DNA of 64,000 nt from Escherichia phage phiWec188: the sequence record LC739537.1; one strand, given 5' to 3'. The translations under genes were made by a program, and so were the position numbers. Under the pieces are notes generated by a model that was given only the letters and a program-made list of their open reading frames with translations, was not told the origin of the DNA and did no database searches. Below are positions 46,486 to 53,826 of this stretch, piece by piece; positions within the stretch are counted from its first letter, which is position 1, and each line of letters begins with the position of its first letter.

Positions 46486-46596
46486 TTACTTGAAAATGAT
46501 TGTTGTGATAACTGCTACGGTGATCCAAAATGGAACAACCAAGATAATAGCGTTAATCGTTCCAACTGTCAAACTGTTTTCTTTCTTGATCATCAT
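46486..46596 (-). CDS. small membrane peptide (36 aa; start uncertain)
   Basis: ORF 46486..46716 trimmed to ATGATG at 46596; a second 27-aa hydrophobic ORF (46604..46687) lies just upstream. Confidence 0.3.
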   Translation of the reverse strand: MMIKKENSLTVGTINAIILVVPFWITVAVITTIIFK

Positions 46597-46761
46597 GTTT
46601 TCCTTACAGTGTCCAAAGAATGATTTCAAGTGCAGCACGGAAACCAGGAATAAAATTGATTGCAAAAAACAGGGAAGTAGTAAACATTTTTCTATCCTTT
46701 CGGTTGTGAGCGGCACCGTTGCCGCCCTATGAGTTAACTATAAGTGATCACGTTTTACCTG

Positions 46762-47319
46762 TCAACCTAAATCATCAAAATAAAGATAATTTTTTTCGGC
46801 TTCTTTCTTCTCTTCTTGTGATGCCTCAAAGACTGGAAGGAAGTGATCAAAGGTGATGCACTCAACCGCGTGATCGTCTTCCTCTTCCTGGTCTTCCTCC
46901 TGGGCTATGGCTGCAATTTTGGCCAATTTCCTTTCAGCTTGGATCAGCTTACCATCTAATACGCTTTTTGCAGTACTGTACGCCGTCCAGGTGATGCGCT
47001 TACTTTCGAGCGCGGCATCAAGCGCCGCTATCTTGCTGGGGTATTCATCCAGGACACGAAAAGCCGGATCTACCTTGTACAGCGGATTATCTTTCGCGCC
47101 GTCGCTATCATCTGCGGCGCTTGCAATGTCAGCGTTACCATTTGCCAGCCAACCAGGGCGATCGCTGCGTGTTTTGGTATTCCCATGACTACGCGCCGAT
47201 CTGTTGCCTACTTGCTCGCCACTATAGCCAGGAGCATGATCGATCATGTCGTCCGGTATAATGCGCGGATCATTAACGTCATGTTTTACCCAGGACTGGA
47301 TCACATATTCGCGCCCCAT
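46762..47319 (-). CDS. hypothetical acidic protein
   Basis: 185 aa ORF; acidic C-terminal third. Confidence 0.55.
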   Translation of the reverse strand: MGREYVIQSWVKHDVNDPRIIPDDMIDHAPGYSGEQVGNRSARSHGNTKTRSDRPGWLANGNADIASAADDSDGAKDNPLYKVDPAFRVLDEYPSKIAALDAALESKRITWTAYSTAKSVLDGKLIQAERKLAKIAAIAQEEDQEEEDDHAVECITFDHFLPVFEASQEEKKEAEKNYLYFDDLG

Positions 47320-47579
47320 TATACACCCCTTTTAACAATCATTTCACACACAAAAAATAAGCTGGCGGAATCACGGCAAGGATAGAAAGATGTACGATAA
47401 TCTCTCACCCCTCCTTTTATGATCTCCGTGGTTTTACCTGATAGCACATTGTAAATAGTGTAACTTGTCGGACTGTTTTTATATACCTTGCCAGGGTAGA
47501 TCATAACATAACGAGCAAGGTTATAAAATTCCTCATTACGAAAGGCTATGATCTTCCCGCATACCTTAAGAAAGTGCAC
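47319..47579 (-). CDS. hypothetical protein
   Basis: 86 aa ORF. Confidence 0.45.
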   Translation of the reverse strand: MHFLKVCGKIIAFRNEEFYNLARYVMIYPGKVYKNSPTSYTIYNVLSGKTTEIIKGGVRDYRTSFYPCRDSASLFFVCEMIVKRGV

Positions 47580-47589
47580 GTTAGCCCCC

Positions 47590-47862
47590 TTACAGCAAAA
47601 AGTTTACTTGTCTTGCTGTTAATGTAGTATCAACCATTTTCGGGCTTTTATAATCCACAAAGCGCGCGGTTTTTTCAATAGCGAAACCTAAATAATCTTG
47701 CTTGTTGAAATTACATTCTTTCTTAAATGTTTCCCGCGCTACGGCGATCGCTGCGTCCAGGGATAAGCGCCCGTCAATATTGATGTTAGCGAAAGATCCG
47801 CCACCGCTCATAGGTTTGCCAGTGGTGCCAGTTACGATCATTGTTGCGCTATATGATGCCAT
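47590..47862 (-). CDS. hypothetical protein
   Basis: ORF 47590..47898; ATG 47862 follows the hairpin. Confidence 0.5.
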   Translation of the reverse strand: MASYSATMIVTGTTGKPMSGGGSFANINIDGRLSLDAAIAVARETFKKECNFNKQDYLGFAIEKTARFVDYKSPKMVDTTLTARQVNFLL

Positions 47863-47884
47863 GATGATAATCTCTCTTAGTTGT

Positions 47885-47946
47885 GAGCGGTGGACCATTC
47901 CGCCGCTCTACGTGATACATCTTATCAGGTTGTTGCGTATTGTCAA
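47885..47946 (-). promoter_or_regulatory. promoter plus 5' hairpin cassette
   Basis: TTGACA, 16 bp, TGATAAGAT, gtatcacgtag, then gagcggcggAATGGtccaccgctc hairpin. Confidence 0.55.
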
Positions 47947-47952
47947 TACTTT

Positions 47953-48150
47953 TTATTCTTCACCCGCGATACGGCGGACACGTTCGGATTTAGTAGCGTG
48001 TTGGTCTTCTGTAATGACTCCCATTTCTAACAGGGAATCAATGAAAGATAGCACCGTTTCATGATCATCTTGAGGATGACTAAATTCAGTAAAGCCGTTT
48101 ACCACTACGTTGATTTGTCCTGCTTTCGCTACTATGTGCAATGTTGCCAT
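47953..48150 (-). CDS. hypothetical protein
   Basis: ORF 47953..48240; ATG 48150 downstream of cassette. Confidence 0.5.
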   Translation of the reverse strand: MATLHIVAKAGQINVVVNGFTEFSHPQDDHETVLSFIDSLLEMGVITEDQHATKSERVRRIAGEE

Positions 48151-48169
48151 GATCTTAACTCCAGATAGT

Positions 48170-48230
48170 GAGCAGCACCATTGCCGCCCTACGTGATGAA
48201 TAGTACGCCGCCACCTGGCGAACGTCAACC
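48170..48230 (-). promoter_or_regulatory. promoter plus 5' hairpin cassette (last copy)
   Basis: TTGACG -35 variant; hairpin with one G-U pair (ggcggcAATGgtgctgc). Confidence 0.45.
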
Positions 48231-48337
48231 ACTTTTTCAATCTTTTTCATTTCTTTTTTGCTTGCTATATATAAAGGAAAGGGCTATTATCTTTCTACCG
48301 CGCCAACCAGGGCGCACAACAAAGAAAGGGCGACACC

Positions 48338-48604
48338 ATGACAACTACTACATTACACCTTATGCACTCTTTAGGCTGGCAAGGCGGCACGGTCCACCAG
48401 GTAGCAAGCGCAACGGGCTTAAAGGTTGAAACCGTTCTCACCTTGGGCGATCATAAAGTGGAAGATATAGACCATTTTGATCCGTTCGCTGATGGTTATT
48501 TATGGGCTTGCAGTGGCGGCGGTGAAAACAAGATACCGCCAGGGGCGCGGGGTGATATGTATTTTTGGTTAGGCGTTCTTGCCTGGCAAGAAGACAAAAA
48601 ATAG
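48338..48604 (+). CDS. hypothetical protein
   Basis: 88 aa ORF on plus strand; agaaaggg RBS. Confidence 0.5.
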   Translation: MTTTTLHLMHSLGWQGGTVHQVASATGLKVETVLTLGDHKVEDIDHFDPFADGYLWACSGGGENKIPPGARGDMYFWLGVLAWQEDKK

Positions 48605-48606
48605 TC

Positions 48607-48635
48607 TTGACAAGCCCAGGGATCGGGCTTATACT
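48607..48635 (+). promoter_or_regulatory. near-consensus sigma70 promoter (TTGACA-N17-TATACT) with no ORF downstream
   Basis: Perfect -35, 17-bp spacer, TATACT -10, right after the stop at 48604. Confidence 0.5.
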
Positions 48636-48649
48636 GTTTTACATACAGA

Positions 48650-48740
48650 AGAGGAAGCGCCACCCCCCACGGCGTAAAGGCGGGGCTAACATACCAGGGG
48701 CACCGGTTGGAAGGTCGATCGCCGGGAGGCTGGGCGCTAT
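48650..48740 (+). ncRNA. candidate structured small RNA (GC-rich, ends gcgcc/ggcgc can pair)
   Basis: About 90 nt of locally high GC with several self-complementary segments directly downstream of the promoter; no RBS/ATG. Confidence 0.25.
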
Positions 48741-48847
48741 ATATTTGTAAAGAAATGTAAAGATAAAATAATCGCTTGCTTTCCTGGCTGGATCTGTTAT
48801 TCTTATTACATGGCGAGGGGACACGGGAGCGCGAGATAATCACCGGA

Positions 48848-49070
48848 CCTGCCCGTCATTCTCTAAATGAGAATGATTATCATTTACCTTATTGAATAAA
48901 AATCAATCTTATTTGGATAGTTGAATGAGAATCAATCTCATTCGCAAGGTGAGAATAAATCTCATTTACGCTATTGAATGCGAATCATTCGTATTTACCA
49001 TGTTAAATGAGAATCATTATCATTCTCATTCGTATTTCGATTTTAAGTGAGAATAATTCTCATTTCGGTA
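48848..49070. repeat. six tandem copies of the TGAGAAT-N-ATTCTCA palindrome (Fur-box-like)
   Basis: aatgagaatgattatcattta, aatgagaatcaatctcattcg, ggtgagaataaatctcattta, aatgcgaatcattcgtattta, aatgagaatcattatcattctcattcg, agtgagaataattctcatttcgg. Confidence 0.55.
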
Positions 49071-49080
49071 ATTTTCACGC

Positions 49081-49330
49081 AAACTTTAGAATTTGCTTTT
49101 CAACTTTCACTTTTGTAAAAGCAAAAAAACTTTAAATACCTGGTGCGCGCGACTTTTTTAAAAATTTTTCTCGGTTTTTTGTTTTGCAATCTGGTCCACC
49201 CATTTGAGATAATGTGTGTAAACTTTAGAATTTGGTTTTGGATTCTCGTTTTTGTAAACTCATAAAAAGTTTAAATAATTGTAGGGATTTTTGAGATAGT
49301 TTGCTTGTAAGATTTGAGATAATCTTTCCT
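49081..49330. repeat. direct repeats (about 40 bp, two copies) plus three tttgagata motifs
   Basis: aaactttagaatttgcttttcaactttcacttttgtaaaagc (49081) versus aaactttagaatttggttttggattctcgtttttgtaaactc (49224); tttgagata at about 49203, 49291, 49313. Confidence 0.5.
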
Positions 49331-49517
49331 GAAGATGCTACGCAGCCTACAACCTACCTGAATGCTCGTCTAACGAGGTTAACTCTAAAAGATGAGTGTT
49401 GGTGTAGCTAAAGAGAAAAAGGCTCTCTACGGAGGTTGTAGGAGCCTTTTTCTGTGGCACAAAGTTGACGTATTCTTTTTAAAAACGAATTTTTTCAAAA
49501 TATCACGAATATCGCCT

Positions 49518-50045
49518 TTATGGTATTTTGGCTGGGAACAGGATTTTAATCAGATTGTTGTGGTATTGTCCTAAAAGATTCTGCCCTTTCCAGTTGGCAG
49601 GATTAAGCACCCCTGGTTCATACATACCCATTCCAATTCCGTAAACCTTATCGTAAGGGCTGGCCTCAACGAATGTTTTGAATTGATACAGGCGCAAGTC
49701 AGAGTAAAGATCAGGGTTCTGTGTATACTTCAAGCATAAGCCTCGCATTACGATACGCTCTCGGTGCTCTTCCCACACGTCATTATTAAAACCAGACACC
49801 GCTCGACCCATACGTTTGTAGTACGCCTGTCCCTTCTCGTCGTCACGCTTCATTGAGTGATAAAGGATAGCTGCTGCGATTACCTGATCCTTGAACAGCA
49901 AAGCCTTACGCCACATCATGTATTGCTCTACACAACAGAAAGTGTCACTGTACCCTGGTTCCGTCTCTGTAAATGGCGCAATGTACCAATTGCTAAACAC
50001 ATCTTTATGTGAAAAGAAGAATACATATTCATCAGTTATTCGCAT
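49518..50045 (-). CDS. NADAR-domain protein (YbiA/DUF1768-like)
   Basis: 175 aa; FSNW, VEQYMMWRKA, NLLGQY segments parallel the conserved NADAR blocks of E. coli YbiA. Confidence 0.6.
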   Translation of the reverse strand: MRITDEYVFFFSHKDVFSNWYIAPFTETEPGYSDTFCCVEQYMMWRKALLFKDQVIAAAILYHSMKRDDEKGQAYYKRMGRAVSGFNNDVWEEHRERIVMRGLCLKYTQNPDLYSDLRLYQFKTFVEASPYDKVYGIGMGMYEPGVLNPANWKGQNLLGQYHNNLIKILFPAKIP

Positions 50046-50256
50046 TTTTCATACCTCTTAAGACTTCAGCTTGCCCGTCTTGAAAAGCTTTCATCAGAAC
50101 TATCTTAAGATTGACTTCCAAGCGTTCTTCATCCTCTTTATAACAATCCAACACTGCCTTAAGTTCATTATAGTGGTTCAGAATAGGTTTAAAGATTTCA
50201 TGATCTGCTAAACGTGCCATAGTTTCTCCTTTGTTAGTCCATCCACCAGTAGCCAT
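50032..50256 (-). CDS. hypothetical protein
   Basis: 74 aa ORF. Confidence 0.45.
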   Translation of the reverse strand: MATGGWTNKGETMARLADHEIFKPILNHYNELKAVLDCYKEDEERLEVNLKIVLMKAFQDGQAEVLRGMKNANN

Positions 50257-50599
50257 AAACTGCGTCTGCGTCGATGAGTTTGTGTTTGTTGTTCCGCATG
50301 TAGTCTAAGATAAGTAGACGTTTATTGTATCTGGAGAGATTATGACCCTCTTTTCCGCCATAGTCAAAATATTTTGCAAGATCTTTACACTCAAACAAAA
50401 TCAGTTCTGGAGTTTCTTCACATTGGTCTGTCTGGTACACTTGACGGATGATCATGTATACGTCATCGTCTTCCGTTAAGTGCTCTACTGGTCCACACCC
50501 AGCAGGAATAAATTCATAGTCCCATCGAATCAGATGTTTCTCTACTGCTTCAAAGAAATCCATTTTTTCGTTACGCATGATTTGAACATCAACTAACAT
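50234..50599 (-). CDS. hypothetical protein
   Basis: 121 aa ORF; ggaggaaa RBS. Confidence 0.5.
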   Translation of the reverse strand: MLVDVQIMRNEKMDFFEAVEKHLIRWDYEFIPAGCGPVEHLTEDDDVYMIIRQVYQTDQCEETPELILFECKDLAKYFDYGGKEGHNLSRYNKRLLILDYMRNNKHKLIDADAVYGYWWMD

Positions 50600-50644
50600 A
50601 ATTTTCCTCCGTATATGAGAAATGCCCCTTGCGGGGCATCTTTA

Positions 50645-51784
50645 TCAGAACACACTGCTCAGTGTTGCAGATCGTGTAGTGGTTGGTTCCAGAACCACGC
50701 GGAACGTATCTCCAGGTTTATCGCTCACTACTACAATCTTACCACCTTCAATCAGGTCACACTTCAAACCTTCGGCGGTAGCTTTCAGGTCGATGCGTGG
50801 ATCACCATCATCATCCAGGATGACGTAGCTGCTATCTTCGAGAGGCTCCAGTTCTTCGTCCTTCACTGCTTCCAGGTAGATGTTCAGTTCACATGCACCA
50901 GACAAGAACTTGGTAGGAGTGAACTCATGCCAGTTGTTGACCCAGTTAGGCTTGATAGCTTTACCGTTGACAACAATAGAGCTAATCGTCCAGCGTGCAT
51001 CGTTACCCAGAGAGATACCCATCATCTCCAGACAGGTCTTGAACGTCATTTTCGGATAGAAGTTTAACTCTTCTACGATCCCTTGAATAACATCGAAAGA
51101 CAGTTCAGTGCTAACATCCCACAAACGTTGGAAGCTTTCAACATGTTTGCGATTCTTCAGATTCTTGTCCAAGTAGTCCAGCATAGTTTCAATAGACAGC
51201 TTGTCGTAGTTGAAGCTATAGAAGATACGGCTCGGACGGTTGACGAAGTATTCCGAGATGTATCCACTGTTCTTTGTCAGCATGAACAGTTTGTTACCGC
51301 TACCTGTGCCATCCAGCAGAGTCAGCAGTGCTTCCTGATCTTCCTTCTTGGAATACACTTTGTCGAACTCATCGAACAGTACTACTGCGCGTTCAGAGAT
51401 CTTACTCATGAACTCCAGGAAGTTGGCATCAGAATATGGCTGCGTTACCAGAATAGTTGGGATTCCCAGGTCTTCCGCTTCCAACAGAGTGTTACTGATC
51501 AGTTTTGCCAGCATTGTCTTGCCACTGCCTTTTGTACCCGACAACAGGACACCTGTGTTCTTACCTTCTTTACTACGACGAGCGAAGGTACGGATAACGT
51601 GGGCTGCACGTTCTTTGGTTTCCCCGTACAGGCGATCAGGAATCGTGAACTTATCAGCACGACTAAGAGAGTAGTTACCATGTGGATCACAATTGACAGT
51701 CCAAACGCCAGCGGGGAGTTTATCAACCTCTACACCGAAGTCTTTATTAACAATAGCAACATCCCCGTACACTGTGTATTTCAT
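50645..51784 (-). CDS. AAA+ family ATPase
   Basis: 379 aa; Walker A GTKGSGKT, Walker B VVLFDEFDK; agaggagag RBS. Confidence 0.75.
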   Translation of the reverse strand: MKYTVYGDVAIVNKDFGVEVDKLPAGVWTVNCDPHGNYSLSRADKFTIPDRLYGETKERAAHVIRTFARRSKEGKNTGVLLSGTKGSGKTMLAKLISNTLLEAEDLGIPTILVTQPYSDANFLEFMSKISERAVVLFDEFDKVYSKKEDQEALLTLLDGTGSGNKLFMLTKNSGYISEYFVNRPSRIFYSFNYDKLSIETMLDYLDKNLKNRKHVESFQRLWDVSTELSFDVIQGIVEELNFYPKMTFKTCLEMMGISLGNDARWTISSIVVNGKAIKPNWVNNWHEFTPTKFLSGACELNIYLEAVKDEELEPLEDSSYVILDDDGDPRIDLKATAEGLKCDLIEGGKIVVVSDKPGDTFRVVLEPTTTRSATLSSVF

Positions 51785-51852
51785 TTAATCTCTCCTCTTC
51801 TGTTGGAATAGACGTATTATCTCTTGTCTAATACGTCTTGTCAATACTTATT

Positions 51853-52212
51853 TTAGATCCCTTCGCCTTTAGTGATGATAGCTTCCATCACCACAGCTTT
51901 CTTCTTCTGTTGAACATCTTGACGGATCAGGAGGCTACCGCCTTGATCATCCTTATACTGCTTCATGATGATGAAGTTGTTGCCACACACAGCGCCGATA
52001 GCCACGTATGGGCGATTAGAATTATCCACATCCACAGACGGGGTTACATCCGTGCAAGTAAAGAACTTGCCATCAGGATCAGTATAAGCAAAGTGGCCTT
52101 TAGCAGTTACTGCAACTTCTCCGGTGCTTGTGGACTGTGCAGCCACAAACGGCGCAGCAGATGCTACGAAACTTGCAGACAGCAGGGCTACAGCTAAAAT
52201 AATCTTTTTCAT
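51853..52212 (-). CDS. secreted protein (signal peptide)
   Basis: MKKIILAVALLSASFVASAA signal peptide; 119 aa. Confidence 0.55.
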   Translation of the reverse strand: MKKIILAVALLSASFVASAAPFVAAQSTSTGEVAVTAKGHFAYTDPDGKFFTCTDVTPSVDVDNSNRPYVAIGAVCGNNFIIMKQYKDDQGGSLLIRQDVQQKKKAVVMEAIITKGEGI

Positions 52213-52224
52213 GGTGATCTCCTC

Positions 52225-52386
52225 TTATTCCAACAACATACACAATGCAGCTACAACCAAGAACAGAGTAGCCACGCTTAAAGCGATAAACATTCCTAAT
52301 TGAGAATGAAATTCGCCTATGATAGGTGCAGACAACGCACTTAGCAAACAACCTGTCAAACTTGATTTGATAATAAGATCTAACAT
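52225..52386 (-). CDS. small membrane protein (53 aa, not in ORF track)
   Basis: ATG 52386 preceded by gtaggaggta; two hydrophobic stretches; replaces Cys-rich shadow ORF 52100..52351. Confidence 0.4.
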   Translation of the reverse strand: MLDLIIKSSLTGCLLSALSAPIIGEFHSQLGMFIALSVATLFLVVAALCMLLE

Positions 52387-52394
52387 ATTACCTC

Positions 52395-52646
52395 CTACAA
52401 TTCCACAATAGTTTTATCTAAGTGGTGTGCCTCAACTTGAGATAAGGTTAGCACTTCAACCAAACCTCTGTCAATGCCTAATTTGATCACTTGCAAATAA
52501 TCACCGAAAAGATCAGAGATTTCAATCTGGTGTTCAGTAACCACCACGACCTCGTTACCCTTGGTATACTCTCTCCAGATTCGTCCACACTTATAAATGA
52601 AATCTTTCTGGTCTTCACTAATCATCTTAGGCTTAACGCTTAACAT
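52395..52646 (-). CDS. hypothetical protein
   Basis: 83 aa ORF. Confidence 0.5.
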   Translation of the reverse strand: MLSVKPKMISEDQKDFIYKCGRIWREYTKGNEVVVVTEHQIEISDLFGDYLQVIKLGIDRGLVEVLTLSQVEAHHLDKTIVEL

Positions 52647-52984
52647 TACATACTCCCGTAGTCTGGTTCAATATGGTGTTTACGACAAACAGCATCCCAA
52701 CGTTCACTACCGAAACCCCGTCCGTGTAGTGCATCGTAGGCGAAATGTTCTGCCAACCACAATACTACACCATCTGGTTCAGTGTCAAGAGGAATTCGAA
52801 ATTCTCGATCATAACGCATACGGAGAACAAACTCATTACCGTCTTCCAACAGGTGCATATGACTTTTAGCTCGTGATGCCAAGTCAAAGAAAGGTGCTTC
52901 ATCTTTCCAAACCTGGCGCTCAACCTCAATACCGTGATCAACTACCAGGGTAGCAATCACATCTTTCATTTCTTTACTAAACAT
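52646..52984 (-). CDS. hypothetical protein
   Basis: 112 aa ORF; aaggaggg RBS. Confidence 0.5.
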   Translation of the reverse strand: MFSKEMKDVIATLVVDHGIEVERQVWKDEAPFFDLASRAKSHMHLLEDGNEFVLRMRYDREFRIPLDTEPDGVVLWLAEHFAYDALHGRGFGSERWDAVCRKHHIEPDYGSM

Positions 52985-52993
52985 ATTCCCTCC

Positions 52994-53182
52994 TTAACTA
53001 ATTAGTTGAACTGCCTTGCAGATGTAAATCCAAACAGGACTAAGCATAAGAGCTATACCGAATGTACAAGCCCACTTAATTCCCATATTCTCTATTAGAG
53101 ACATGATTAAGCCAACAGCATTAATAACCAGATAAATCCCTAAGAAAACCACTGTAAAAAATTCAGACATAGTTAGCTCCAC
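52994..53182 (-). CDS. small membrane protein
   Basis: 62 aa, two hydrophobic helices. Confidence 0.45.
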   Translation of the reverse strand: MELTMSEFFTVVFLGIYLVINAVGLIMSLIENMGIKWACTFGIALMLSPVWIYICKAVQLIS

Positions 53183-53505
53183 AAGTTATGAAAGTATTCA
53201 GCAAACAGGCAACGACCTTCCATTTTATCTGTTTTGGTCATAACTGATTCAGGTTTAAAACCTTCGATCATTTGATCAATAATGGATAACCACTCCACTG
53301 TAGCTTCCCGCTCCTGCTCTTCTGTTAGTTTACGGTAATCTGACACATATTTAGCCCAAATCTTAGATGGGATAAGGATATCCCCTCGTTCCACAATACG
53401 TGCCTTGAACGCATACAGTCCAGCACAGATAATCGCGGAGAACGTATCGTCCAAATCTTGCAGATCTTCTACGTCAAACTGTAATTCATCATGGATAAGT
53501 TTCAT
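53173..53505 (-). CDS. hypothetical protein
   Basis: 110 aa ORF. Confidence 0.5.
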   Translation of the reverse strand: MKLIHDELQFDVEDLQDLDDTFSAIICAGLYAFKARIVERGDILIPSKIWAKYVSDYRKLTEEQEREATVEWLSIIDQMIEGFKPESVMTKTDKMEGRCLFAEYFHNLWS

Positions 53506-53789
53506 TTTGTTTCTCCTCGTTCTGCGTCCAATTTCAATAAGAAGGCTGCATACTCTTCCGAGCCTTTGTGTAAGAACATACGATAAGAACTCACCAGTTT
53601 CTTCGTTGTCGTATAACGTTCCATTTCCCCAACAACACCTCCGCCCAGAGTGTAGAGAACAACGCCTTCAACCCCGACATGGGTTACTACTTCAACCATG
53701 TCCGTGTTATCCCAGTGATATTTAGGGGATACAATAAGATCGCCAACTGCTAATTTGATGTTTGCCACTTCGTCTTGTGAATAGTACAT
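53502..53789 (-). CDS. hypothetical protein
   Basis: ORF 53502..53888; ATG 53789 preceded by agaggagaa. Confidence 0.5.
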   Translation of the reverse strand: MYYSQDEVANIKLAVGDLIVSPKYHWDNTDMVEVVTHVGVEGVVLYTLGGGVVGEMERYTTTKKLVSSYRMFLHKGSEEYAAFLLKLDAERGETK

Positions 53790-53826
53790 TTTGTTCTCCT
53801 CTCTTAGTTGATGGAAGTAGTATACC

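Noticed and set aside
38300-48235. CRISPR array as an explanation for the regularly recurring GC-rich palindromic repeats
   Set aside because: Repeat spacing is irregular (about 200-500 bp), the intervening sequences are RBS-led coding ORFs, and the repeats vary in sequence and are tied to promoter elements.
48650-48740. Possible tRNA gene in the GC-rich segment
   Set aside because: Size and closing helix are tRNA-like, but there is no GTTCRANYC T-loop, no D-loop GG and no U8/A14 positions; kept only as a low-confidence structured-RNA candidate.
48496-48843. Minus-strand ORFs 48496-48843 and 48639-48824 (Pro/Arg/Gly-rich)
   Set aside because: They traverse the GC-rich non-coding segment and a strong plus-strand promoter; composition-driven artefacts.
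52100-52351. Cys-rich 83-aa minus-strand ORF
   Set aside because: Different frame from the RBS-preceded 53-aa membrane ORF (52225-52386) in the same interval; lacks RBS and has an improbable composition.
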